DNA of 64,000 nt from an uncultured Candidatus Cloacimonadota bacterium (GTDB lineage Bacteria > Cloacimonadota > Cloacimonadia > Cloacimonadales > TCS61): positions 85-64,084 of the forward strand of contig CAZRXY010000120.1 in the NCBI GenBank assembly GCA_964604155.1, read 5' to 3'. A program made the translations under genes and the position numbers. Below the pieces are notes generated by a model that ran no database searches, was not told where the DNA came from, and was given only the letters and a program-made list of their open reading frames with translations. Position 1 is the first letter of the stretch. Each line of letters starts with the position of its first letter. Positions 26,363-36,150 of this stretch are shown piece after piece.

Positions 26363-29275
26363 TTATTCTTCCACCGGAAAATGGTCTATCATTTCCACTG
26401 CAAAACGCAGGATCAGTGAGGCATCATAGGCTTCCACCAATCCATTGCCATCCACATCGGCAGACGTGAATTGCCAATCCTCCCAATCTGTTATCAATCC
26501 CACATAGTGCTGCAGAACCTGCGAAGCATCATAACTTTCCACTATTCCATTGCCATCAATATCACCATATAAAATAAAAACCTCAAATTCATAAGGCAGA
26601 TATTCGGCAGCTTCAATATGATCATTGCCATCGCCTTCAGGAGCCTGCAATTGCAGACTGCCCCCATCCTGGGTGGCATAGACTGCGCCGCAGATAAAAA
26701 GATATTCCGGCGAAGTCCACTGGCTGAGATTGATCACACCTTCCAGGACTTCACCTTGAGCACTTTGAGAAGCGGCAGAGCTTTGGAACCAGCCACTGTA
26801 GCCATTGCTGCTTTCACCTGCCAGAAAAACGTCCCATTCTGCAACAAAACCGGATTTTGCCCAGGGAGCAGATTGCATATTCCCGGGTTCTGCCGAGATA
26901 AAGATAAAAACATCTGCGTCTATCTGGGTAGCTGCCGTAGCTGCTACATAAAGTTCTGTTTCAGATACTCCAGCAAACACCTGCAAAATTCCGTTGGAGG
27001 CTATCATTGCAGCAGAAGCATCCAACTCTCCATCAATGATATATTCCGAGCTGCCTCCGCCCGTAAGCACGATGTGATAATCTTCACCATTATTATTATC
27101 CCAGGTGCCATCATAATAATGTATCACAAAATCTATGGTATTCACCAGTTGCACCGGGGAATTAAAGGGTCCAATCACGAGGCTGAGATTGCCCTCATCA
27201 TCCGGTCCCTGCATTGGCGTTTCCACTGCGGGACCTATATTATTATAGAGCCCACTTTCTGGCGGAAAATAGGTAAATGCCGGCTGATTAAAGCCATTTA
27301 CTCCCCAGTGCAATGCCGCTCCCAGACTACTGCCGGTAATTGTGATCAGAATCTCATCATCAATGCCAGGTGATGCAGGCTGCCAGCTCACATCCCCATA
27401 ACTACCCGTACCCCCACCGGTTCCGTCTCCCAGCCAAACATGCTGAATCACCGATCTTGACATATTACCGGCGCTATCATACGCTTCCACATAGTAATCT
27501 AATAATGTTTCATTTATTCCCGATATCTGGGCACTATAATATGAGGCTTTATATAGAGGCTGGGGATTTGTTTGAGCGGGTTCATCGCTTTCCGTCATGG
27601 CAAGCTCAAGCCATTCTCCCACTTCAGCACCGCCGCTATAAAGCTCGTTATCACTCGTTTCGGGGCTGTTTATGCCATCATAATCTATTCTGTATTTGAG
27701 AGTTACTGATGCCAGACCGCTGTAGTCATATACATAAGTAAAGATTTCCAGATCGCTGCTCATAGAGATATTCCATTCCGTGCTCCCGGGATTATAGGGT
27801 TCTCTCTGCGGCAGATATATTGAGGGCTGCGTGATATCATCATATCCGTCCACATAGGGCAAGGCTCCTGTCACAGCTAGATTGGCAGCCCGGGTGGGGT
27901 GACTATCCCAGATACCGTTTTGAGAACCGTCCCAATACCAGTAACAGCTTGTTTCACCCGTAAGCAGCAGACGCCAGGCCTCCTGAACCGGCTGGGCAGC
28001 AGGATTATTATCCAGAGCACTAAAAACTATGTTTGCAGCCGCCGTGATCACAGCCCAGCTATTTCTATCGGGGCTATAGCCATTATAAGGGTCTCCATTC
28101 CATTTCTTAAATTCAGGATCACCATTATCAGCTCCGCTCCAACTGCCGGGCTCTACCTGAACATAGTCGCCAGGAGCAGGTGGAAACATATCAAGGTAAT
28201 CCTGGATAGTAGTGCAGACAAAGCTCTCAGGATTATCCTGCAGCCAGGCAACAAACTGAGCAAAATTATGATTATAATAGGAATTTGAGCCCCCGCCGTA
28301 ATTATCTCCATCGTGGTGCAGCACGATCAGGATGGGGTGATCTTCGTCAGTATTGTATGGCTCAAACTGGCTCATCACCAGTTCATACTGCAAGGCGCCA
28401 AATCCACCTCTGCCATCCTCATTTCCCAGATAGCGGGAAGCCGGCACACCAATGATCTCGCTCACTTCACCACTTGCAGGGTCTGTATATTTTATCCAGT
28501 GTGGCTGATGAGCCCATTGCACAGAAACCTGGGAGCCAGCCCATATTCCACTCAGTTGCACCCAGTCTCCTGGGTCTGGCTGCAGCACATCGGCTTCATT
28601 GGGTTCATAAAGATTGCTGGCTGTGGTATAGGGATAGTTCTGCGTGGTTCGTTCAAAGTGAATATTATCTATCAGCACCCATTCTATCTCTTCGGCTACC
28701 AGATGCGGGATCATATTCATAGAGAAAGCACATTCCGGTGGAAAAATCCCTTTGGAATAATCTGTTATGTCAAATACTTCGGTGATAATATCTCTGTGCA
28801 TAGCTATCTGCTTCCTGATATTCCGGCTGTTTATCAAGCCCATCAGCGGATGAAAATAGCCAATGGAAACCAGGTCAAGCCGCGGATTACCCAATATAGT
28901 GTTCTGGCTTACGATGCCGTTCCAGGGGGATTGCCAGTTAGAAAAATTCCAGTTACCGTCTGCCTGCAAAGCGTTTAGATTCTCAATCAGCGATCCCGTG
29001 AAACTCACCTGAGAACCAAAATGATCGAATCCTGCATTCACACCCATCCACACGGCATCGGCGGGCCAGGATGTGTAAGGACCCCACCTCTGGTTATGTA
29101 TATCTTCTATTGAATAACCGTAATGACCCGCATCATCCGTCTCGATAATTGTTTCTCCCGGATAATAAACAGGCTGGTGCATATGCCATAGAAAGGCAAT
29201 ATAAACAGGCGGCTCACTGTGCAATACTGCGAATATGGATATCAGTACGGCGATAAAAATAATCACTTTTTTCAA
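26363..29275 (-). CDS. GH57-like glycoside hydrolase with C-terminal beta-sandwich region and dockerin-like module
   Basis: FLWHMHQPVY, PPECAFS, HHDGDNYGG and TSCYWYW resemble GH57 conserved regions. C-terminal repeats DIDGNGIVESYDASQVLQHY and DVDGNGLVEAYDASLILRF. I set the start at the TTG at 29275 (AAGGAG upstream, followed by a signal peptide), which removes the overlap with the upstream gene. Confidence 0.75.
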   Translation of the reverse strand: MKKVIIFIAVLISIFAVLHSEPPVYIAFLWHMHQPVYYPGETIIETDDAGHYGYSIEDIHNQRWGPYTSWPADAVWMGVNAGFDHFGSQVSFTGSLIENLNALQADGNWNFSNWQSPWNGIVSQNTILGNPRLDLVSIGYFHPLMGLINSRNIRKQIAMHRDIITEVFDITDYSKGIFPPECAFSMNMIPHLVAEEIEWVLIDNIHFERTTQNYPYTTASNLYEPNEADVLQPDPGDWVQLSGIWAGSQVSVQWAHQPHWIKYTDPASGEVSEIIGVPASRYLGNEDGRGGFGALQYELVMSQFEPYNTDEDHPILIVLHHDGDNYGGGSNSYYNHNFAQFVAWLQDNPESFVCTTIQDYLDMFPPAPGDYVQVEPGSWSGADNGDPEFKKWNGDPYNGYSPDRNSWAVITAAANIVFSALDNNPAAQPVQEAWRLLLTGETSCYWYWDGSQNGIWDSHPTRAANLAVTGALPYVDGYDDITQPSIYLPQREPYNPGSTEWNISMSSDLEIFTYVYDYSGLASVTLKYRIDYDGINSPETSDNELYSGGAEVGEWLELAMTESDEPAQTNPQPLYKASYYSAQISGINETLLDYYVEAYDSAGNMSRSVIQHVWLGDGTGGGTGSYGDVSWQPASPGIDDEILITITGSSLGAALHWGVNGFNQPAFTYFPPESGLYNNIGPAVETPMQGPDDEGNLSLVIGPFNSPVQLVNTIDFVIHYYDGTWDNNNGEDYHIVLTGGGSSEYIIDGELDASAAMIASNGILQVFAGVSETELYVAATAATQIDADVFIFISAEPGNMQSAPWAKSGFVAEWDVFLAGESSNGYSGWFQSSAASQSAQGEVLEGVINLSQWTSPEYLFICGAVYATQDGGSLQLQAPEGDGNDHIEAAEYLPYEFEVFILYGDIDGNGIVESYDASQVLQHYVGLITDWEDWQFTSADVDGNGLVEAYDASLILRFAVEMIDHFPVEE

Positions 29276-29300
29276 AAAAATACACTCCTTAGGCAGCAAG

Positions 29301-29957
29301 CTAATAATACAACTGCTGCACACTCAATTTCTGCAATATCTGATATATTGCTTCATATACTGCCTGACCGATAACGTCTCGTTTTGCCAGTTTTTCTATT
29401 TTGTATTCGGCATTTTCCAATTCATCCTTACTGAATATCTGCCCTGTTAGATTACAGGAACAGATAAGACTGATGAGAACTTTGTCTCTTGGCAGCGGTT
29501 CTTCATCATCGAGCACAACGGAGCGGATACGTTCTTTGACCTCCCTTTCTTCCTGATCATCGATCATGGGGTAGCTCAATCGCTTATAAATCCAGAGGAA
29601 GTTCTTTTCTTCCCTTTTTAATATACCCAGGTCTATCAGATGATTGATAAAATATTCTTTGATCTCCTGGATATGTATGCCCAGTTTCCATACCCAGTAT
29701 TTTGCTTCTTCCTGAGTATCGTGCTGGTTTATCATAGCAAGCGCATCATCAAATATCGGATTATTGGCAGGGGTATCATCGAGCACCGTAAGGCATTTCT
29801 GGTCTGCTTTCAGACGTCCCATTAATGATAATTCCATCAATACAGCTCCTGCAAGACCAAATTCCAAGCCCATAAAAGGTTGATTGCATACTACTCCCTT
29901 TTCGTCATCAAGAGAGAGCAAGAGAAATTCCTCGGCAATACTCAGCTTATTATGCAT
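29301..29957 (-). CDS. GPP34/GOLPH3-family protein
   Basis: N-terminal LSIAEEFLLLSLDDEKG..GLAGAVLMELSLMGRL is characteristic of the family. Confidence 0.75.
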   Translation of the reverse strand: MHNKLSIAEEFLLLSLDDEKGVVCNQPFMGLEFGLAGAVLMELSLMGRLKADQKCLTVLDDTPANNPIFDDALAMINQHDTQEEAKYWVWKLGIHIQEIKEYFINHLIDLGILKREEKNFLWIYKRLSYPMIDDQEEREVKERIRSVVLDDEEPLPRDKVLISLICSCNLTGQIFSKDELENAEYKIEKLAKRDVIGQAVYEAIYQILQKLSVQQLYY

Positions 29958-30009
29958 AGTAACCTCCTCTGCATATTTTTATAATCTGCTTTTTACAGAT
30001 TTGTTTTTT

Positions 30010-31323
30010 TTATACCTCGATCTCAATAATTGCTCCTTCATCACTATTTCGTGCCCAAATTCTGCCTGCCATATTTTTTTCGATCACTATCTGGCACATA
30101 TAGAGGCTTAAGCCACGTCCGGGACTCTTGAATTTTGTTGAATAATAAGGTTCAAATATATGCTCAATTACATCTTCGGGTATTCCTCCGCCATTATCGC
30201 TAATCTCCACTTTCGATCTACCTTCGGCTTCTTTGGTAGTCACCTTTATCACTTTCTCTGAGCCACCCCGCTCAATCAAGGCATCTCGGCTGTTATTGAT
30301 CACCTGCAATATCACCTGGGCATAATCATTGCGATAGCCGTCTATCATGATATCTTTATCATTATCAAGCTTAAGTAATATCTGTTCTTCCCTTAAGCTG
30401 GGCTCCAGCAATTTCTGGCAGTGCTTCAGGACTTCGCGAATATTAAAGCTGTCTTTCATCTCTAGAGGCTGAAAAAAATAACGCAGGTCATCTATAGTAT
30501 CAGACATCTCCTGGATAATAGCCATTGCCTTTTCACTTTGTTGTCTGAGGTAGTCCACATTTATATCCTTTCCACTGTACTCTATATCCTGAATAAGAGC
30601 CATCACGGTATTTAAGGGCTGGCGCCACTGATGCGAAAGATTGGCGATCAGTTCGCTGATCGCTGCCTGTCGGGATTGTTTGATGATTATATGGTCTTTC
30701 TCGCGAATATTTTCTATAGCGTATTCTACTTTTTTCTCAAGATCCCGCCTGTATGATTCCAGGTTTATCAGCGAATTATATGCCCGTAAACCGGAAGACA
30801 CGAGAGTGAAAATTTTATCTGAAGTTAATTCTGTTTTGGTCTTATAATCATTGATATCATAATTTATCACAACTTCACGCTCCGGGGCATAGCCGGGCTG
30901 CCCGGTTCGCAATACAATTCTTACAAAGTGATTATTAAGTTCCTTTCGTATTCGCTTGATCAGTTCCAGACCACTAATAGTAGTCTCCATCACTACATCC
31001 AGCAGAATTATTGCAATATCTGTCTCCTTGCGGATGATTTGATATGCTTCTTCTGCCGAGTAGGCATCCAATATTTTCAGCCCTCTGCCGTCAAATTCAA
31101 AATCATCCAGAGTAAGATGCGTTACGGTATGAATATCTTCTTCATCATCCACCACCAGAATCTTCCACTCCATTCCTTCAAAAAGCTCAATATTTCTATT
31201 GAATTGAAAGCTCTCTTTCTTTGTAACCTTCTCAGCCGGCTCACTATCTTCGGACATGAAAACCAATTCATCTCCTTCCGCTCCGCTTTCATTCAAAAAA
31301 ATCTCATTTTTTTTACAGCTCAC
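30010..31323 (-). CDS. hybrid response-regulator receiver / histidine kinase
   Basis: REC domain (ILVVDDEEDI..LLDVVM), then the H-box LSHQWRQPLN and an HATPase_c core (DNGGGI). Confidence 0.85.
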   Translation of the reverse strand: MSCKKNEIFLNESGAEGDELVFMSEDSEPAEKVTKKESFQFNRNIELFEGMEWKILVVDDEEDIHTVTHLTLDDFEFDGRGLKILDAYSAEEAYQIIRKETDIAIILLDVVMETTISGLELIKRIRKELNNHFVRIVLRTGQPGYAPEREVVINYDINDYKTKTELTSDKIFTLVSSGLRAYNSLINLESYRRDLEKKVEYAIENIREKDHIIIKQSRQAAISELIANLSHQWRQPLNTVMALIQDIEYSGKDINVDYLRQQSEKAMAIIQEMSDTIDDLRYFFQPLEMKDSFNIREVLKHCQKLLEPSLREEQILLKLDNDKDIMIDGYRNDYAQVILQVINNSRDALIERGGSEKVIKVTTKEAEGRSKVEISDNGGGIPEDVIEHIFEPYYSTKFKSPGRGLSLYMCQIVIEKNMAGRIWARNSDEGAIIEIEV

Positions 31324-33574
31324 TTAAACCTCCTTCAGAAAAAGGAAAATCCATGATAAATTCCGCACCCCTGCCTTCTGCACTCTTCACCTCTATATTG
31401 CCATCCAGCTTCTGAGTTATCAAATTATAGATTATATGCATTCCCAAGCCAGTACCCATTTGCTTATTTGTGGTATAAAACGGATCATAAATCTGTTTTA
31501 GTACCTGCTGAGACATCCCGCTGCCATTATCTCGATACACTATAAGCAGGCGTTGGTCTTTCCGCTTGATATCAAATTCTATCATTCCCTGATTGCTGTC
31601 TTTGAAGCCATGCACCAAGGAATTAAGCACCAGGTTTGTGACTATCTGGGCGATTATACCCGGATATGAATTCCATACCAGATATTCATCACAATTTATC
31701 TTTATTTCTATTTCTTTCCCCTTAAATTTTGGTCCCAGGCTTAAAAGTACATCTTTTATATAGTTCTTTATCTTAAATTGACGCTTTGCTTCGGTTGCCT
31801 GATCCACGCTCACCTGTTTGAAACTCTTTACCAGTTCACCCGTTCGCTGTGAATTGCTCAAGATCAATTTTCCCGCTTTGGACGTATATTCCAGGAAGTT
31901 ATCCAGATCACTTTTCTTCATCTGATTTGTTCTGTATTTATCATTTAATTGCTTCAGCCTGTCTTCAAGATTCGTGATAGCGGTGATAATTATGCCCACC
32001 GGTGTATTGATCTCATGTGCCACGCCTGTCACCAGGCTACCCAAAGACGCCATTTTCTCGGATTCCACTAGCTTTTTCTGCGTCCGGCGTAACACGTCTA
32101 AGGTCTCGGATAATTCTTCTTTCTGTTGCGTGATCAGATCATTTTTAGCGGAAAGTATCTCGGCAGATTTCTTCTTGCTCCTGTAACGCTTATAGACAAA
32201 TATCACCAGCAATACTACTAGAAGTGAGGTGATTATCAGTGAATTACGCTGCATCTCACGTCTGGCAATCTCCAGTTCCTTGATCTCGTTATCCTTGCGA
32301 AGAAGGCTGTTTTCCCGTTCTTTTCTCTCCGTGTCATATTTGGTTTGCATTTCGGCAGTTTGCCTGGCTGTGCTCTCGGCAAATATACTGTCCCGTAATT
32401 CAGATTCCCGCTCTTTATATTCTAAGGCTTTTTTATATTCTCCTTTTCTGATGTGGAGCTCACTATAAGATGCTGCAATCTCTGCCTCAAGCTCCAGCGA
32501 GGATAAGCCACCTGAAATCTCTTCCGCTCTGGCAAAACGCTGAGCTGCTGCTTCATATTCACCCAGCTCCACCAGCATCATACCCGTATTATTTTCTAAA
32601 TATGCCTGATATACCGAAGCGCCTAATAATTCCATGATCTCTGCCGCTTCATCATAATACTCTATTGTTTGGTCATAATCACCCTGAAAATAGTGGATAT
32701 TTCCTATATTGCCCAAAGCCAGAGCCACATCCAGATTATTCTCCAAACGCCTGCTGGTCTCAAGCGATTTCTCATAGTATTCTAACGCCCTGCTGTAATC
32801 TTCCAGCTCTGCATACAGAGTTCCCATATTCCCATATACTTTTGCCATCTCACTAAGGTTATTTAATTCTTCATGGACACTAAGTGCCTGACGGTAATAC
32901 TCAATCGATAAAGCCGGATTGAGCAGAGATTGATAAACCCTGCCGATATTGCCTTTAATTGAGGCTTCCAGCTCCAAATTATCTATCTTCTCCACTTCCT
33001 GCATCCCAGTTAAAAAATGCGCCAGTGATTCGCGATAATTACCCAACTCAAGCTCTAATACTCCCCAGAAAACATAACTTACCACCAGTTCATGAATTGC
33101 TTCTGCATCCGATGGTAACGATCTAAAAATATTTACCGCTTCAGCCAGCTCCTGTCTGGCTTTGTCTGTCCAGCCCAGACGAGTATAGGCTTGAGCAATA
33201 TTACTCTTCAATACTCCGGCTTCCAGTACCCTACTATCTTCACCTATTAGTTCCAATACCGCTAAAAAATAATCTATCGCACTCCAGTAATTATGACGCG
33301 CCAGTTCAATCCTGCCGGCTATAGTCAAAGAACGACGTTCTCCTTCCGGATAGCGTGATTTTTTGGCCAGGTCCAGAGCAAGATTAGATGATTCCCAGGC
33401 GGCAGAGGGATCATGCTCCAGCTCAAGCTTAGCTAATTCCAGAAGCATATCCACCTTCGCACGACCCTGCACCCCGGCTATATTATCCCTTAACGACGCT
33501 TCTCTGCTCTGTGACCAAAGCCGGCAAAGCATCAATATCATTAAGATTATCAGTATATATTTTACTTCTTTCAT
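31313..33574 (-). CDS. TPR-repeat sensor histidine kinase
   Basis: Signal/TM segment, a long TPR array, a TM segment, the H-box GVAHEINTPVG, and an HATPase_c core (DNGSGM, GTGLGMH). Confidence 0.85.
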   Translation of the reverse strand: MKEVKYILIILMILMLCRLWSQSREASLRDNIAGVQGRAKVDMLLELAKLELEHDPSAAWESSNLALDLAKKSRYPEGERRSLTIAGRIELARHNYWSAIDYFLAVLELIGEDSRVLEAGVLKSNIAQAYTRLGWTDKARQELAEAVNIFRSLPSDAEAIHELVVSYVFWGVLELELGNYRESLAHFLTGMQEVEKIDNLELEASIKGNIGRVYQSLLNPALSIEYYRQALSVHEELNNLSEMAKVYGNMGTLYAELEDYSRALEYYEKSLETSRRLENNLDVALALGNIGNIHYFQGDYDQTIEYYDEAAEIMELLGASVYQAYLENNTGMMLVELGEYEAAAQRFARAEEISGGLSSLELEAEIAASYSELHIRKGEYKKALEYKERESELRDSIFAESTARQTAEMQTKYDTERKERENSLLRKDNEIKELEIARREMQRNSLIITSLLVVLLVIFVYKRYRSKKKSAEILSAKNDLITQQKEELSETLDVLRRTQKKLVESEKMASLGSLVTGVAHEINTPVGIIITAITNLEDRLKQLNDKYRTNQMKKSDLDNFLEYTSKAGKLILSNSQRTGELVKSFKQVSVDQATEAKRQFKIKNYIKDVLLSLGPKFKGKEIEIKINCDEYLVWNSYPGIIAQIVTNLVLNSLVHGFKDSNQGMIEFDIKRKDQRLLIVYRDNGSGMSQQVLKQIYDPFYTTNKQMGTGLGMHIIYNLITQKLDGNIEVKSAEGRGAEFIMDFPFSEGGLSEL

Positions 33575-33651
33575 GCTATAGCCAGATTTAACACTTCCCC
33601 TTTTTTCGTTAAGCTTTTTCTTTATCTATTGCACAAAACTACAGATAATTA

Positions 33652-33682
33652 CAGCCTGACACATATTGTATGTGCCAGGCTG
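33652..33682 (-). terminator. long stem-loop, candidate terminator of the regulator/membrane-protein pair
   Basis: cagcctg-a-cacata-ttg-tatgtg-c-caggctg forms a 13-bp interrupted stem about 100 nt downstream of the stop at 33785. The U-tract is weak. Confidence 0.45.
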
Positions 33683-33784
33683 ATAAGAGATGGGTTTGGC
33701 TCGGGAAATAATTATCCTGCCGAATTTCGCCGAAACTCTCTGTTTTAAAAAAAATTCGTACCCGTATCTTTAAGTGATATATAA

Positions 33785-34093
33785 CTATTTCACTCCCAGC
33801 ATGTTACCCAGATTGTTTATGTAGTCACAAAAAGCCTGGTTACCTTTTTTGGTGAGCCAGTAGATCGTTACGGGTTTTCTCTGGATAAATTTTTTCTCAA
33901 CCTGGATATAGCCAGCTTCCTCCAGTTTCCGCAGATGCGTGCTCAGATTGCCGTCTGTGGCACCAGTATTATTCTTCAGGTAGCTGAAATCCGCCTTCTC
34001 CACAGAATGAAGAATAGCCATTACTGCAGTTCTGATCCGGGAATGCAGCATTTCATCTAATTGCAGGTACGAAAATTGGTCTTCCGTGCTCAT
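33785..34093 (-). CDS. winged-helix transcriptional regulator (HTH_34-like)
   Basis: RIRTAVMAIL..FSYLKNNTGATDGNLSTHLRKLEEAGYIQVEKKF..KPVTIYWLTKKG. Confidence 0.7.
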   Translation of the reverse strand: MSTEDQFSYLQLDEMLHSRIRTAVMAILHSVEKADFSYLKNNTGATDGNLSTHLRKLEEAGYIQVEKKFIQRKPVTIYWLTKKGNQAFCDYINNLGNMLGVK

Positions 34094-34096
34094 AAG

Positions 34097-34681
34097 CTAT
34101 TTCTTCCGGTAATAACTATTTAGAATGAAGCCAGGTAATGCATGAAAAAACAGCATCATTGCACCAAAGACCAGAAAATTCTCTAATGCTACCCAAAACA
34201 GCAGAGCAATACTCGCCAGCCACCAAAGCACGCCAATCGCAAGCTGCCACTTGAAATCGTTCAATAGACCACTGATAAAATGAGCCATGCCCATCACCAA
34301 ACCAATCAAAGGGCATATTGCCATGGGACTGATTATCCGCACGAAAGGACCTGAAAACCCGATTATGGTCATGCAGATACCGGCTGACAGCCAGATATAC
34401 CCATAAATACGACCTGCCCACGTTGTGTAGCCAGACCTTCTGTCCTCCCTGTGTCCTGCTATAAGCGTGACTACCCAGCCAATTGCTGCAATACCCAGCC
34501 ATAACCAGATGATCTTATCTGCCTCTCCCGCTTTCACAAGTAAAAAATTGCCGATCATGCCAAAAAACACAATTATACCCCAGATGATAAAATATATTCC
34601 ATTGGGGTAACTTACCTTCCGGTTCTCCTGGATAACCTGCTTGATAAAGCTGATTTCCTCCGCAACTCTTTCAGAATTCAT
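34097..34681 (-). CDS. polytopic membrane protein of unknown function
   Basis: About six hydrophobic segments. It lies 3 nt upstream of the winged-helix regulator gene. Confidence 0.65.
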   Translation of the reverse strand: MNSERVAEEISFIKQVIQENRKVSYPNGIYFIIWGIIVFFGMIGNFLLVKAGEADKIIWLWLGIAAIGWVVTLIAGHREDRRSGYTTWAGRIYGYIWLSAGICMTIIGFSGPFVRIISPMAICPLIGLVMGMAHFISGLLNDFKWQLAIGVLWWLASIALLFWVALENFLVFGAMMLFFHALPGFILNSYYRKK

Positions 34682-34958
34682 AATTCCTCCTTATAATTTA
34701 AGAGTACTTTGTTATGCAAAGTCATTTGCCCTGGCGAGCCAGATTTGTCAAATACTTTTTTATTCTCTCTGGCATCCCCCTGGTTTTATAATTTTTGGTT
34801 TTGTTAAATCATTCATATTAAGTGAGATAACGATTCAAAGTCAACCATTGCGAAGGACTGGCGACCATTCGCAAGGTTTTGGATGAGAGACCTTCGTAAT
34901 GGTGACGACCAATAACCTCATAAGTTCAATATTCCAACCTTTCAATTAAATTTCGGGG

Positions 34959-34994
34959 GTATGCCAGATTTCCAAATCGAAATGAATTGACATT
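34959..34994 (+). promoter_or_regulatory. conserved upstream motif, copy 1 (gtatgccag..ccaaatcgaaatgaattgacatt)
   Basis: A 23-nt block is identical to 51913-51935, and the 9-nt gtatgccag is identical to 51902-51910. It contains TTGACA 80 nt upstream of the arcC ATG. Confidence 0.5.
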
Positions 34995-35071
34995 AAGATG
35001 GAGCTTTATAATTGGAGTTTTCCTCCAGGAAAAAAGTTTTCTGGAAATATTTATCTTGATGGAGCTTAATT

Positions 35072-36013
35072 ATGGAGAAAATTGCAGTTATTGCAATAGG
35101 TGGAAATTCATTGATTATGCCTGGTCTCAGGGGGACAGTAGAAGAGCAGTTTGAAGCCGTTCAATCAACGGTGGAAAACATATATAAAATCATCCAGCAC
35201 GGTTATCGAGTGGTGATCACGCATGGCAATGGTCCTCAGGTGGGAAACATACTCATCCAGTCAGAAGCGGGTAAACAGCAGGTGCCTTCTTTACCTTTAC
35301 ACTATTGTGGGGCACTCACGCAGGGTGGTCTTGGTTATATGATCCAGCAGGTAGCCCAGAACGTGTTTGCTCGTGAGAGGCATCATCAGGACGTAGCTAC
35401 GGTGGTCACACAAGTACTGGTGGACAGGGATGATCCGGCATTTGAGAATCCCACAAAACCGATAGGTCCATTCTATCTGAGCCTTGAAGAATTGCAGCAT
35501 CGCATAGATGAGCATGGCTGGGTGGTAGTGGAAGATGCCGGCAGGGGCTATCGCCGGGTAGTGGCTTCGCCCAAGCCTCTTGAGATAATAGAGCAGAATA
35601 TAATTAAAACCCTGATCTATGCCGGTGATCTGGTGATTGCAGTAGGTGGAGGCGGTATACCGGTTATTCGAGAAGATAATACGTTGCGAGGTATCAGTGC
35701 CGTAATAGATAAGGATTTTGCCTCATCATTACTGGCAGTAGAAATCAAGGCGGATTTATTTATCATATCTACCGGGGTAGAAAAAGTTGCCATAAATTTT
35801 AAATCAGAAAGTCCTCAGTGGTTGAATTCTCTCGATATGGAGCAGTGTGAGAAATATCTCTTAGAAGAGCAATTTGCCAAGGGTAGTATGCAGCCAAAAA
35901 TCGAAGCCTCGCTAAATTTTCTTAAAGGCGGAGGCACGGAAGTGATCATTACCTCTCCTGATAAACTTTATCAGGCAGTAAAAGGTGAAACCGGCACTCA
36001 CATCACTGCCTAA
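35072..36013 (+). CDS. arcC: carbamate kinase
   Basis: IAIGGNSL, ITHGNGPQVGN and the VIDKDFAS pattern. GGAG lies 7 nt upstream. Confidence 0.92.
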   Translation: MEKIAVIAIGGNSLIMPGLRGTVEEQFEAVQSTVENIYKIIQHGYRVVITHGNGPQVGNILIQSEAGKQQVPSLPLHYCGALTQGGLGYMIQQVAQNVFARERHHQDVATVVTQVLVDRDDPAFENPTKPIGPFYLSLEELQHRIDEHGWVVVEDAGRGYRRVVASPKPLEIIEQNIIKTLIYAGDLVIAVGGGGIPVIREDNTLRGISAVIDKDFASSLLAVEIKADLFIISTGVEKVAINFKSESPQWLNSLDMEQCEKYLLEEQFAKGSMQPKIEASLNFLKGGGTEVIITSPDKLYQAVKGETGTHITA

Positions 36014-36150
36014 CTCACGACATTTTAGCTAAGAACAGACAAATAGTGGTTTTATGGAAGAAGTCTGGACTATGTCCCTAATACGGGTGTGGAAATGTTT
36101 GACTTCCCGGCAGAAATAATTATTTTTAGCATTACAGGAGGAAATAGGAG

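Noticed and set aside
26618-28978. Long plus-strand track ORFs inside the GH57-like gene (26618-27373, 27899-28288, 28313-28978), and similar ones inside the deiminase gene (24786-25289, 25308-25751).
   Set aside because: They are antisense to well-supported genes with family motifs and have no motifs or RBS of their own.
24309-36013. The idea that the deiminase and carbamate kinase form an arginine or agmatine deiminase pathway cluster.
   Set aside because: The genes are 9 kb apart on opposite strands with unrelated genes between them. No ornithine or putrescine carbamoyltransferase or antiporter is present, and the deiminase is predicted to be secreted.
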